Source of the DNA: Callorhinchus milii
Taxonomy: Eukaryota
DNA: 64,000 nucleotides
Direction: 5' to 3'
NCBI RefSeq assembly: GCF_018977255.1
Contig: NW_024704742.1
Span: 111,416,001 to 111,480,000, forward strand
The notes under the pieces are model-generated. The model had not been told where the DNA came from, ran no database searches, and saw only the letters and a program-made list of their open reading frames with translations. Every line of letters starts with the position of its first letter. Within the stretch, counting starts at the first letter, position 1. Below are positions 24,971 to 38,056 of the stretch, piece after piece. Position numbers and translations under genes: made by a program.

Positions 24971-27699
24971 TCGCTAAGTCAATGTCTTCAGAAAAGACGG
25001 GTAGATAACTGAAATAAATTCCAACATGTAAAACTCAATTACCAAACGTGTGGCTTTTACCTTGTTTGAAAATATTTAATTTTCCACTGATAAAATCAGA
25101 GGTTGTGTGGAGCGCATGAATTGCTTATAAATTGATGTGCTTTCTCTATCAATACAGTAGTTAAATTGGGAGATACATGCAGTGCAATTGCATTGGGGAA
25201 GATGTAAATGGACATCAAATTACACTTTAATTAAATATATAGTATACATTTCTATACTTACATTTTAGTAAGTGCCTTTTTTTAATGTTGAACTTTAAAA
25301 CCACGTATGGTGGTTTGCGGGACATTGAAGCCTTAATGGTCACCCACAGAGCTACTCCTTCAGTGGCCATTATAAACACATCAGCTCTATCTTTTAGCAG
25401 TTCTCTGCAGGCATGAAATAGAAGTCACAGCACTGCAGATAATGATCTTTACATGTAACCACTCTGCACCACATCCGATTGCAGCAGAGGGATAAGTGTT
25501 GCTTTGTGAGGCCATTAGATACTGAACTAGGATAGTCAATGTGCAGAGCTGTTATAGTGATCACAGCCACCAGCAGCAAGTGTCATTAAAGCATGCATGG
25601 GAGTCCTCCACTTGTTATCGTGTTTAGGGCCCAGTAGTTGTAATAACCAAGCAAACACTATACTTTGTCTGGATGCATTGATAGTGCTCGGTGAACTGTA
25701 CATCTTTTATATAAGATTGGATTTAAGATCATGTTTCTCTATGGCCTGTTTGAGGCTCTAAGACCTAGAGCTGCAAAATGTTACAATTAATAACAAAATC
25801 ACATTAATTGATATTTTTCTCTTTGAAAAAGGTACTTGCATTGTAATAATAAATAATTAAGGATGGAAACAGTATTATTTATTTGTTTTACACTATTTTT
25901 TGCCCTAGATTCTTTACATAAAAAAGAAACTTCATACTTCTAAAAAAATGAAATGAACCCCTTTCCCTTCCTTCTCCTCTTCCACTTATAACACAGCTTT
26001 TGGAAAGTGCACAAACCCCTGTTAGTCAGAAAGCATCAACAGTATGTTGGTTCAGGCTGTATCAGGGAGTCCTCAAGGCAATGAATTGTGTAGTACATTT
26101 AAAAAATTATACATTTGGAAATTGACTAACAAATATGCAGACCTGTATTTTTACACTGTGCATTTTCTAACCATGCACAGTATAATTGTCGATCTGTAGA
26201 GACATTTGAATTGTACCAGTCCAGAATATGAAGTGGTTGTTTTATTGGGAAGGAGCAATACTCCTCATGTATATATGTGAAAAATAATATATACTTATTT
26301 TTCATATATAGATACAGAGACAGCAGAATGAAACTCTTTTAAAAAGCTCAGTTACAAGAACCTGGAGGATACTCACATACACAATTGTATGCTATAGGTG
26401 GCAGTAGAAGTAACCTGTATGTCCCTAGGAGTAAAAACAAATAGTATTAAGGCATCACTCATATCATTCACTGCCACAGATTGTAAATCTGTTATCATTT
26501 GCTCCCTGTCAATACAAAAACAGCAGTTCACATATTTTAAACTGAACACTATTATGAAGGACAGCAGCTGTGCATTAAGTGACTAGAAATGCCAATTGAG
26601 GTATATCTTTGACATGTGTTGTGTCCATTTTGCCTCCTGGGCTGTTATTTAGCTACCCCTGGGTATGAAGCAATTGTAAGCAAGATTTTTAACTTAACTA
26701 AGATATTGGAAATATAAATATCTTTTATTAATGAGGTAATGAGATCACCAATTTGTGCTCAGAAATGTCCCACAGACATGAAATCAATGACTAATTTTAT
26801 CTGTGGTTTGTTGGCCAGTATTAGTTTGATTATACTACGATTATTATTAATATGATTATACTAAGGGTATTGTTCATCTGCATTTTCCTTCCGTTTTTTC
26901 TCTTAAGCTGCAAATGTAAAAGGAATTTCAGCAATGGTTCACAGAATCTCAGTTTAGCTGAACCTTAAATATAATTATCATATAAAATGTCCAGCACCCC
27001 CCCACCCCGCCTCCCCCCCCCCGTGATATTACTCATAATTTAATAAATCATCTTCCACATTTAGAGCAATGTACATTGACATATTAACCTTCCCTTTTTT
27101 AAGATTAACATATGCATTTAAACATTTTTTGAAAGAAATTTCTGCCTCTTTCGAAATATATTTGATCTTCTACCCCCTTCAGGTCTGATAGGGTCACACC
27201 TAATCCCTTAGATTTTAGTTCAGTTGCCAAGAGGCACGTGAGCAGCCAGATTTGCCCGCTGAATTCCTTTGCTCCCTGCGGGAAAATGCCTGGCCTTGAA
27301 TCTATGCCTCCTCCTCGACAACAAGCTTGACATTGGAAAATCAAAGTTTAGGGAATCATAGACAAGGATCCTTCTGTGTCTGTGACTCAGTTTATTGGAG
27401 AAGTTTGGAAATTTTAATCTGCACTTTATTTATTTTCCTGATGTGTTGGCTTGATACTCAAGCATATTACAGCTTTAAAAAAGAACCCCACCCTTGATTA
27501 TAATCATAAGCTTTCTGAACGCATAACCGTGGTCACTTTTTGCTACAATGCTGCTGCTGTACGGAAAATTTACTCAGACTAGTTATTTTCTTCAAAAGGC
27601 GAGGGCAACACCCTATTGGCCTCTTCATCTGATACACTGGTGTAATTGTGGTAGAGAATTTCCTCTTGCAACCATTTTTTATACCAGGGGGCACCTCAC

Positions 27700-27759
27700 C
27701 ATGAACAATGTAGCAAGTGTTGCAACAGCAAGTTCCTGCACACAATTACATCGTCACAT
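27700..27759 (-). other. Candidate 60-nt exon of an unidentified transcript
   Basis: Acceptor cttttggcttcttttcag|A and donor ATG|gtgagg in unique DNA; one open frame, CDDVIVCRNLLLQHLLHCS. Confidence 0.25.
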
Positions 27760-28113
27760 CTGAAAAGAAGCCAAAAGGGACTGCACCCTTGTCCTAATGA
27801 AAAACAGGTGGTCCTTCGGCAGATTTCGGTGGCAGCAGCATTACTAGACTAGACAGAAATGAGCACTGACTGCAACGTTGGTTTTTCATTTTCACAAGTA
27901 TAATTAGAGTTCAGTTCCACTTTAAGCTTGAGCATCAGTTTGCCTGAGTTATTACTGTGTTTATAATAGGACAAAGTGATTTTAACCTTCAGATCATCAT
28001 ACAATTAAACCAGTTCATTCATACTCCCGTATGTCAGCTGATCCAATGAAAAGTGTGTCCTTGTGGGTGACAGTGGAATGCCACGAAGCTGGGCCGCTTG
28101 AATAAAGGTCCAA

Positions 28114-28529
28114 TCTATACTAATAAAGACAAAGTGTCTGTCCACCAAGAACGCAATAGCCGATTGACGTAGAGAGACACAATGTATACCTCATCAGAAA
28201 GGTCTTGCATGGGGAAATGTCATGGGCATATCTTTTTGCAGGGGTCTCCTATTGTGACATAAACAAGCTCATCAAACATGTATATACTCCAACAAGGAGA
28301 CCTCCCAACAGGAGTCCTCCCACAAGACTCCTCCCAAAAGAATATGTGTGTAAATATGTGAACAAGGGATGCTAATGAGTTCAATAACACATTTTCTTAA
28401 TCTTAAAGGATAAAGATGCCTAAGAAGCAAAGATCAAGCCTTTCAAGGACAAATAAAAATGCCAGCTGAAAGAGAGAAGGACGATTAAATGAAACTTGTT
28501 GCAAGCGTAGCTGCAACGGGTACAGCTAG
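28114..28529 (+). mobile_element. Non-autonomous Helitron (416 bp)
   Basis: A|TC 5' end and CTAG|T 3' end; hairpin CTTGTTGCAAGC-GTA-GCTGCAACGGG ending 5 nt before CTAG; no TSD. Confidence 0.88.
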
Positions 28530-28784
28530 TCTACAATAATCCCAAATTGCACAAAGTCAGAAAAACAGCCATCGAACTAAATGCCAGCCATTTCCCCCTG
28601 ACATTTGCTCATCTTTCCCTGGCTTGATATGTTGCCTGCATTAAATCTTGAGAGCCTGTGGGTGAAACCTTTCTTTCAAAATCACGATGTTCACCTTCTC
28701 CCAATCCTTTTGTTAACGGCAGGCTTTAAAACCACATTTTAATCACATTTTCTATTTCAGCACGCTGCAGGAGTCAAATTTAAC

Positions 28785-28872
28785 ACAACAACAACAAATT
28801 ACCTTTGTTTAGCATCTTTCATGTTGGGAGGACATCCCAAGGTGCTGGACAGTCAGGAATGTGGACCTGAGC
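28785..28872 (-). mobile_element. L2 extreme 3' end
   Basis: (CAA)n followed by TTTCATGTTGGGAGGACATCCCAAGGTGCTGGACAGTCAG. Confidence 0.8.
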
Positions 28873-29989
28873 AAACACAAGTAAACAAGTTAAAGGTATG
28901 TATCGATTGGCCTTTCTAGTCACTTAATGCACTGCTGCTATCAATTCATAATAGAGATGATGATTATCACTGAAGATATTTATTACATCACTTATCATAT
29001 TTCTCCCCTCCCCCTTACCTTATCTCTCATTTACTCTTTTCGGAGCTGCTTTCCAGCTGGAGGAAATTATTGTCTTTGAAGATATAATAATTCATTGTAC
29101 AATCTAACACATGCACTTCCATTACATAGGTGGCTCAGGGAATTCTGATAGCTTTCTTCACTCAGTAAACATCCAGAAAGGTCTATTCTAGTGTTCTCAC
29201 TAGAGAGCATTTCCGTTGGTCACATTGCAAGGAAAAATGTGTACTTTCCTGGGTCTGGCAAACAAATTCACTTAGGGAAAGTTTTATCGAGATTTGTTCA
29301 GATCTTTGAACAGATTAGTCTCTTCCTTGCGCAGTGAATCACTTCTTACAGACAGACATTGAGTGAATTTGGTCAAGGCTCCACATTGTGATCAGGAGAC
29401 TGGTTTAACACTGCAGACTTCATCAGTTACACTTTTCGGAAATCCCTGATCCTGTGATCTCCTGTTTGTGCAACATGGCTCTCATTATCATTCATTTCCT
29501 GCTAGATAATGTTCTCACCATTTGGCATGTACAATGGCTGCAAAGGAGTGGGATTATTCCTGAATTTTTGTTCAAGATTATTTTAAAGCTTCAGCTAGGC
29601 AATATTTTCAAGGCCCCAACTGAGCAGTAGTCGCTAAGATGTTCTTATCTCTTTACTGCAAGCTATCCTTGTTCAAATATAAGTTAAATTTCAGGCCAGG
29701 GGAATAATACTTGTTTCTTTGGTTGCCCAGGTTCAAGCACAGGCAGAAACCCATCTTCATACTTTAGCAGTATCCAAAACAAACTATGATTAGTTTCAGA
29801 TATGCAAGAACATTTCCACTTGACTTGAATGGATAATATATTTTCTCACCAGAGGGATACATCTAGCAAGAACCAATACTTGTGGATCCCAGAATGTGCA
29901 ATGTGGCAATGCTTACTTTTAAAAAGCTGAATGTAAAAATGCTGTGGTACCAAATTATGCTATGGCATCTAAAAGATAAATATCCCTAT

Positions 29990-30710
29990 ACTCTAGGCTG
30001 ACTTTATTGCAGTGTTGGGGGAGTGCTGCACTGGTCAGAGATGCCATCATTCAGATAATAATAATGATAATAATAATAATCTTTGCATTTGATGCAGCAC
30101 TTTTCATGTCTTCTAGACGTCTCAAAACGCTTCACAGAATATACTGTAAAGTGAATTGACTGTATATTTGTGGGCAAAAAGCGGCAGCCAATTGTGCACA
30201 ACAGTTTGTCATGGTTTGTCCATGACAAACAGTCGTGGATTGAGTGACCAAATTTTTTTTTTTTTTGAGGGATTATTATCCCTGGAAAAGTGATCCACCA
30301 ATTGACTATCAACTGGATTCCTACTTACTGCTAGATAAACAGAGGCGTATGGAGTAAGGAAACTTGCCCAACATTTCATCCTGCTGGGAATTGAACTCAT
30401 GTCTCTCACTGGGTTCTATGAGATGAAACATTAAGTGAAGATCTCATTCATCTGTTGGGGTAAATGCGAAATATCCATGGCTGAAAAGAAAAGGATATTT
30501 CTTCTGCTGTCCTGGCCAACAACCCCCAGATAAAATTGTTCATTTCATTTAATGGCTATTTGTGGGCTATTCCTGTGTACAATTTGGCTAACACTTTCAC
30601 CTATGAATACACAGTTATTACACTTCAGAATAAACCTATTGTTGTGCTTAAAAATATTTCAATGATGTGATAAAGCATTATATCAAATTCAAGGATTATT
30701 ATATTATTAC
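29990..30710 (+). mobile_element. SINE family B split by an antisense family A SINE
   Basis: Family B sequence stops at TTCAGAT (~30056) and resumes at AGATGAAACATTAAG (~30421). Confidence 0.75.
30056..30410 (-). mobile_element. SINE family A (head partly truncated)
   Basis: Tail, Deu-like half, core TTCCTACTTACTGCTAGATAAACAGAGGC and B box on the minus strand. Confidence 0.88.
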
Positions 30711-31984
30711 AATGCCCTGGCATATATCAGCTAATTTAATACTGGAGATCGAATCTGGTTATTTGGTTCTCACATCTTATCTATCCAAGGTGATGAGAAA
30801 ATCATTGCCCTAGCTCCATCCTTCCAGCTGATGTGATGATCTGAGCTGCAGTCCGTGATAAATAGGCACTTTGGTCAAATCCACCTGAAAGATTCCATGA
30901 CAGTATTTGTGTAACGGGAAAGAAAAAGAAGGTTTTTCTGGTGTCCTGGCCAACAATCACCCAGATAAAAATAATCATTCACTTCTTGGCTATTTGTGGG
31001 ACATTGCTGTTTGCAATTTAGAAAGTGGAATTTCAAGCTTATAATATTTTAGTGATATAACTAAATCCATTAGCCAGAAGTAAATCTGAATTGAACCTAT
31101 ACATACAAATAAATACTTTTCATACTTGTAACAGGTCTATCAATAACCCCAATGGAATTTGTCTGACACATGAGGAAATCCATTACCATATTTAAGAGTA
31201 TCCAAACCTGACTTAAAGTTCCATATACATTCATGGACATTTCCCTGTGTCTGGAATGGAATGTGCACTCTTCCCCCTGGAAGGACTCACCCTGCCTACC
31301 TGAATTACAGAGAGTATTTAAATTAATCTGCTAATCCTTTCAAACCAGTTTTACAACATATTAAGACTCCCTCTTTCATGCAATTTTCAAATTTACTTCA
31401 TTTCAAATCCTGTTTTTGTCCTTTTGCAATTGTATTTTTGAGCCTACTCAATGTCATATGTTTGGCAGACGACCAGGCCAAAATAATAAGAAAGCTCCAA
31501 TCTGTAATATTTGTACTTCACACATTTTTAATTACAATATGTACAAATTGGTGTCATCTCAGTGTTCTAAACCCCAGCTGGTGGAGGCTGCTTATATCTA
31601 AGTTAACAATGAGTCAGTGAATAGTTATTACATTTGGCACAATCTATTTTTCACTCACAAATCTAAAAGACTGTGCATTTGTATTCATTCAGTCTGCAAG
31701 GTCAGATGTCTGCTGGATCAAACATTACTTTTTAGTGTTAATCTTGGGTTACATCCACCTTTACATGGCTCTTGGGGCCTGTACTGACATCAAAAGCCCT
31801 TCTTCAATTGGAATCTTTAGGCCTAATTTTATTCAGTGCTCAGAGTGGCTTGTTCCATTTCAGTCTATTATGTTTAGGCTCCATAACATAATTGAGAAGT
31901 CTGGTTTGGAAGAAGAAAAGTACTGAGTCTTGTTGGGTTTAATAATTCCCAAGCAATGCAGCCAAGAGTAGGTGATAGGTTCAA

Positions 31985-32172
31985 ATCAAGTAAGATATTG
32001 TAGCTTTGGAGGGCGTGCAGTCTAAATTTACTAGGATGTGACCAGAATGAGTGGTTGCAGCTATGAAAAAAGATTGGACAGCCGGACAACTTTTTTCTCT
32101 GAAGATGAAATGATAGAAAGGGAATCTGGTTGAGGTTTTTAAAATTATGAAAGGATTTGATAAGGTGGACTT
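31985..32172 (+). mobile_element. CR1 ORF2 C-terminal relic
   Basis: GCTTTGGAGGGCGTGCAG (ALEGVQ)...GAGGTTTTTAAAATTATGAAAGGATTTGATAAGGTGGAC (EVFKIMKGFDKVD). Confidence 0.8.
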
Positions 32173-32182
32173 TAGTAGTGTA

Positions 32183-32527
32183 GAGTCCCATAGTGCGTGG
32201 TTAGAGGACTCATCTTGCAAGCGAGAGGACCTGGGTTCCCAAGTGGACAAAACCTTAGGCAAATTTCCTTACACCACACACCTCTGTTACATAACAGTAA
32301 GTAGGAACTATTAGTTATTAGTTGATTAGCGAATCGATTTCCAGGGGTAATAATCCCTTCAAATACAGAAATAAATAAACAAATAATAATTTGGTCACTC
32401 AATCCACTACTGTTTGTGGGACATTGCGGTGCACAAATGGCTGCCACGTTTCGCCCACAAAACACAGTCAGTTCACTTTACAATATATTCCGTGAAGCGC
32501 TTTGAGGCATCTCAACAATGTGATAAC
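32183..32527 (+). mobile_element. SINE family A; its final tail segment lies at 33413-33445, beyond an L2 insertion
   Basis: Head GAGTCCCATAGTGCGTGGTTAGAG; stops at ATGTGATAA and resumes as AGCACTATATCAAATGCAATTATTATT. Confidence 0.85.
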
Positions 32528-33410
32528 AACAACCACAACAAGATAACATTTGTACAGCGCCTTTTATGTCGGGAGGATGTCCCAAGGATTGGTAGGGGTT
32601 TAGGAAGTTGCAGAGGTAGGATGGGGCGAGGCCATGGAGCACTTTATAGGTGAGGACCAAGATCTTGAGCTGGATCCTCTGAAGGATAGGGAGCCAATGG
32701 ACTCGGGCGAGAGTGAGGGAGTTGCGGTCACGGCATTTGGTGCGGGAGAGGACACGGGCTGCAGAGTTCTGGATTATCTACAGCCTGTGGAGAGAGGAGT
32801 TGGGAAGGCCGACAAGCAGGGCGTTTGCATAGTCGAGCCTGGAGGTGATGAAGGCATGAATAAGAGTTTCAGAGGCCTGAGGGGTGAGGTAGTGGTGGAG
32901 TCGGGCGAGGTTACGGAGGTGAGAGAAGGCAGAGCGGGTCATGGCTTGGATGTGGGCAAGAAAAGACAGTTGAGGGTCGAACAAGACACCTAGGCTCCTG
33001 ACTGGCTTGGGGAGTTGTAGTGTGCAACCATGGAGGTTGATGCTGCCAGAACCTGAGGTGCTGAGGCGCTGACGTGAGCCAATCAGGAGGGCCTCAGTCT
33101 TGTTTACATTCAACTGTAGGAAATTTGGCCTCATCCAGGACTTGATGTCTGACAGGCAGTCTGTCAGGACAGCAGTGGTCCTGGAGTTGAGGGTGGAGGC
33201 AGAAAGATAGAGTTGGGTGTCATCCGCATACATGTGGAAGTTGACCCCATGTCTGCGGATGATATCCCCAAGGGAGAGTATGTAGATATTAAAGAGGAGA
33301 AGGCCAGGGACAGAGCCCTGGTGGGCTCCAGACGGGACGTGGCTGGAGGAGAAATCGTTAGAGGCAACAAAGTGGAGACGGTGAGAGAGATAGGAATTGA
33401 ACCAGGCAAG
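32526..33410 (-). mobile_element. L2 LINE RT/3' fragment inserted in the SINE tail
   Basis: ORF 32778..33695 segment [11 protein letters not shown]...[12 protein letters not shown]...[13 protein letters not shown]...[13 protein letters not shown]. Confidence 0.93.
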
Positions 33411-33449
33411 GGCAAGCACTATATCAAATGCAATTATTATTATTAATAG

Positions 33450-35275
33450 GTTGTTTCTACATATTGGTGAGTTCAAAGCAGTGGCGGAACCTGACTCCGA
33501 GCTAGAGGGTGGGGTGGGAAGGTGAGTGGGGGGTGTGAAAAGGAAAGTTTTCAGGCGGGACTTGGAAAAAGGGGAGAAGGGGAGAGAGGGGGCAGGTGGA
33601 GCAATTGAGGGAGAGTGTTCCACAATTTCGGACGTAATAGCTGAAAACACGACCACCGATGGTGGAGTGGAGGGTGCGAGGGACGAGCAGAACACTGGTG
33701 CCAGTCGAGCAGAGTGGTGGATTTGGGACTGCGGAGGTCAGAGAGGTAAGGTGGTGCCATGGTGTGAAGGGATTTGAACACAAGTGTGAGGGTCTTGAAG
33801 TCAATCTGTTCAGTATTGGGAAGCCAGTGGAGCCTGGCCAGAACTGATGAGATGTGGGTAGGGAGTTTGGTCCAGGTCAGTATGTGGGCGGCAGAGTTCT
33901 GAATGAGCTGGATCTTTTGAATAGTGGAAGTGGGGAGACTGATGATGAATGTGTTTGAGTAATCCAGGCGGAAGGTGACAAATGCATGCACAAGGGTTTT
34001 GGCTGCATTTGGGGTAACATACGGTCAGAGGTGGACAATGTTGCAGAGGTGGAGGAAGTCGATCCTGGTCAGGGTCCAGATGTTGGGGAGGCTGTGGGGG
34101 AGGAAGGACAGCTGGGGGTTGAACCAGACACCTGAGTTACATACTGGTTTGGTGAGTCTAAGGGAGAGCCCAGGGAGATTAAGGAGTTTAGATTAGCAGG
34201 AGCGAAGACGTTGACAGGAGTGAAAGAATATGGCTCTGATCCAGGCCCTGATGTCTGCCAGACAAATGATAGAACATCAGCAGACCTGGAGTTGGTACTG
34301 GAGGAGGCAAAGTAGATTTGTGTGTCATCCGCATACATGTGGAAGTTTACCCCGTGTCTGTGGATGACATTGCCAAGAGGGAGCATATAGGTGAGGAAAA
34401 GAAGGGGGCCAAGGGGCCCTGGGGTACCCTGCATGTGACTGGGTGGGGGTGAGAGGAGTAACCATTTGCTGAGATGAAATGGAGGCGGTTGGTTAAGTAG
34501 GACTCAAACCATGCAAATGCGGTCCCATTAAGATGGATGAGGGAGGAGAGGCCGTGGAGGAGGATGGTGTGGTTGACTGTGTCAAACGCAGCAGAGCGAT
34601 CCAGCAGGATGAGGAGGCAGAGGGGTCCCTGGCCAGATAGAGAGGATGTTGTTTGTGACTTTGATAAGTGCTGTCTCTGTGCTGTGGGCAGGGGGAAAAG
34701 CAGACTGCATGGGCTCGAGAAGGGAGAGGAGGGAGAGGTGTGACCGAAGTTGACATGCAAAAATGCTTTACAGGACTTTAGCAAGAAAGGGTAGGTTGGA
34801 AATGGGATGGTAGTGTAAGAGATTAGAGGGATCAAGGGTGTTTTTTTTGTGGAGGGGTGTGGTAACAACGGTTTTCAGTGGGAGTGGAACAGAGCCTGAG
34901 GAGAAAGACTGGTTGACCATGTCAAGCAGGAGAGGGGAGAGGAGGGGATGTTGAGTGACCAGCAGCTGGCTAGGGAGGGGGTCAAGGCAGCAGGTGGTGA
35001 AATGTAAGTGATTGTGGTTAAGAGGGAGGAGGGAGAAATAGGGGTAGAGGAGTGTAAGGAGGGAGGTGTGGCAGGCGCGGTGGTGGAGGGAGAAGGTGGT
35101 GTGGATGGTCTGGGTGGGGTGGAAGAGAACATGGGGGGAGGGGGAATATGATGCAGCCAAGCTGATGTTTTTAACCTTTAAGGCAAAGAAGTCTAGGACA
35201 TCTTCACACTTGGTGTTTCATGTGATGCTAGCGGGAGCTAGAGGGGGTGCGCGGAGGAGGTGATGGATGTGGAGA
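33450..35275 (-). mobile_element. Older L2 LINE ORF2 fragment (~1.8 kb, many frameshifts)
   Basis: [38 protein letters not shown]...[18 protein letters not shown]. Confidence 0.93.
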
Positions 35276-35347
35276 ACAGTGTCTATGGGTTGTTCTTTCT
35301 ATGTAAGTTTTTTATGTTTTTATGTATAAATGTAAGATAGCCAGTAT

Positions 35348-36641
35348 CGGTCGACCACGCTATCCTACTCCACCGCTTGTCCTCCCACCTCAACCTTCAA
35401 GGCACTGTCCTTGAATGGTTTAGGTCGTACCTTTCTCACCGTCTTCACTTTGTCTCGACGAATGGCTTCTCCTCCACCCCCCGTACTGTCTCATGTGGTG
35501 TCCCTCAGGGCTCTGTCCTCGGTCCCCTCCTCTTCACCCTCTATATGCTCCCCCTCGGTGACATCATCCGCAGACATGGAGTTAACTTCCACATGTATGC
35601 GGATGACACCCAACTCTACCTTTCCTCCTCTACTCTCAACTCCACGACCACCGATGTCCTGACAGCCTGCCTGTCCGACATCGAGTCCTGGACGAGAGAC
35701 AACTTTCTTCAGCTCAACGTGCGAAAAACCGAGGCCCTCCTGATTGGCTCACGTCAGCGCCTCCGCACCTCAGGCGCTGACACCATCAGCATCCAAGGCT
35801 GCACTCTCCACCTCTCAAAGCCAGTCAGGAACCTCGGCGTTTTGTTCGACCCTGAGCTGTCCTTTCTCCCTCACATCCGCACCACAACTGGCACCGCCTT
35901 CCATCACCTTCAGAACATCGCCAGACTACGGCATTACCTCACCCCTCACGCTGCTGAAACCCTGGTCCACGCCTTTGTCACCTCAAGGCTGGACTATGGG
36001 AACTCTCTCCTCGCCGGCCTTCCCGCCACCTCCCTCCACAAGCTGCAGGTCATTCAGAACTCTGCAGCTCGTGTACTGTCCCGCACCAGGCTTCGGGACC
36101 ACATCACTCCCACCCTCGCTCGCCTCCACTGGCTCCCCATCCCCCAGAGGATCGAATTCAAGATCCTCATCCTCACCTACAAGGCCATTCACGGCCTTGC
36201 TCCCTCCTACCTCTCCGACCTACTATCCCCCTACCTACCTGCCCGTACCCTCCGTTCCTCTGGCTCTGGTCTGCTCCACGTCCCCCGCCCCAACCGCCCT
36301 ACCATCGGTGGTCGGGCCTTCAGCCTCTCAGCCCCCAGGCTCTGGAACTCCATCCCCCAGTGCCTTCGCCTTGCTTCCTCCCTTTCCTCCTTCAAGGCCG
36401 GTCTCAAAACCTTTCTCTTTGACCGTGCCTTCAGCTCCCCTCTCGACTCTCTTCCCCCTCCTCGCTCCCTCCCTTCCCTCCCCTCACCCTGACCATTTCC
36501 CCCCTCCTTTCTCCCTCCCTTCCCTCCCCTCACCCTGACCATTTCCCCCCTGCTCGGGTCATGACCCAACTGTGCAGCGCCTTGGGACGTCCTCCTGACG
36601 TGAAAGGCGCTTTATAAATGGAATCTTGTTGTTGTTGTTGT
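35348..36641 (+). mobile_element. Young 5'-truncated L2 LINE with an intact ORF2 C-terminal reading frame
   Basis: Open frame 35350-36492: [10 protein letters not shown]...[13 protein letters not shown]...YADDTQLY...LHWLPI...LWNSIP...LKTFLF; CpG-rich; 46-bp-period duplication at 36465-36551; stem-loop and (TGT)n tail. Confidence 0.97.
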
Positions 36642-36664
36642 TTCTATCATCTAAAAATGAGGGC

Positions 36665-36805
36665 TTAGTAGGAACTACTTAATGCAGAGAGTGGTGAGAA
36701 TGTGGGACTTGCTACCAGAAGCTATGGTTGAAGCATAAAGCATCAGTGTATTTTAGAGAAAACTTGATGCATATATAAGGGAGAAGGGAATAGAGGGGTA
36801 TGTTG
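36665..36805 (+). mobile_element. CR1 3' fragment
   Basis: TGCAGAGAGTGGTGAGAATGTGGGACTTGCTACCAG (QRVVRMWDLLP). Confidence 0.75.
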
Positions 36806-36879
36806 CGTGCCAATTTTTTAAGCACTTGTCTTTTTATTATAAAATTGTTTTACTTTTATTTAATGCAATACTACTTATA

Positions 36880-37260
36880 TTTATATAGTGCCATTCACAA
36901 AGACGGGACACCTCAAAGCACTTGACACAGCTGGCTGGGCACCTGAATTGGGGGCAGAAGGGAACTGAAGAGAGAGTGGGGACAGGGGAACAGAGAAGGA
37001 AAGTCTGGTCAAAGAGGTAAGTCTTGAAGCTGGCTTTGAAAATGGGGAGGGAAGGAGCGAGTTGGAGGGACTCTGGGTTTCCGGAGACCAGGGCGGAATG
37101 GATGAAAGCTCACACACCAATGTGTGGGGGAAGGGAGGGGGAAAAAAAGCAAACTGGTGTTCACTGAGTGAAGGGAGAAGCCAGATCATTGGGCTGCAAG
37201 AGGTCGCAAATTTAGAGTGGGATGAGACTGCGGAGGGTTTGAATGTGATTCAATTGTGAT
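36880..37260 (-). mobile_element. Old L2 3' fragment
   Basis: TTATATAGTGCCATTCAC tail; minus strand TTCAAAGCCAGCTTCAAGAC (FKASFK). Confidence 0.75.
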
Positions 37261-38025
37261 TTTCAGAATTATATTGCAGGACTCAAGCATGTTGCCACAT
37301 TTGCTACCCAGCGATGGGGATATTTGCTTCAAGCCCAGGTACAGTCTGAAGAAATTCAAAATGATACTAACTTTTCTCTATCCCCAACATGTACCTTGAC
37401 CCTCCAACCTCAGAAGAGCTTTCCTTGCTGCACATTTCAATTTCCCACACCATTCCCTGTGGTATCACATAGACTACTAATTTAAAAGAGGACTGACTTC
37501 ATGCAAGAAGGGCTTGGGAATTATTTTTGGAGGGAGGGTTTTGTTTCCAAGCAGTTTATGCAGTGATGCAGATCATGTCAAAGTAGGTTAGCACATCACT
37601 CGAGTGTGGTGTAGATATGACAAAAATGACATATGACTCTTCTTCCCACTCACACAAAAAAGCTTTAACCAAACATGAGAGAGAGAGCGAGGGAGAAGCC
37701 AGGTCAAATAGAGTAACAGGACTAAGCCAGACAACCCAAGTGGGAAGAAAATAAGTGCTGAAGGGTTGGTACGAGCGATGTCAAAGAGATTGGGCGGAGA
37801 GGCTGGAGCAGTGGGAGAGAGATGTTTGAAAGACAATGTTTATCTCTTGGCATTGAAATCTGTGATTAATACTGGTGAGTGGCGAGTGCAGAATTTTCCC
37901 ATGCCCAAGAAGTAAAAATGCAATTGCACTAAGTTCACATAAAGGACATTTTTGCCTCCCCCCTGCAAAAACAACAAAGAAAAAGAAAGTTAAAATAAGA
38001 TTATGGACCTGCAGTGCTAGGGAGG

Positions 38026-38056
<31 letters not shown>

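Noticed and set aside
27681..27696. CTCF-like motif ACCAGGGGGCAC (weaker ones near 9476 and 47114)
   Set aside because: Short motif matches are expected by chance in 64 kb; no supporting evidence
35377..36492. 371-aa ORF as a host gene or domesticated RT
   Set aside because: It begins mid-RT at a 5' truncation, has no real start codon, and ends in a normal L2 tail
37788..37798. Overlapping CCAAT (ATTGG) and GC box (GGGCGG) as a promoter
   Set aside because: No CpG island or other promoter evidence
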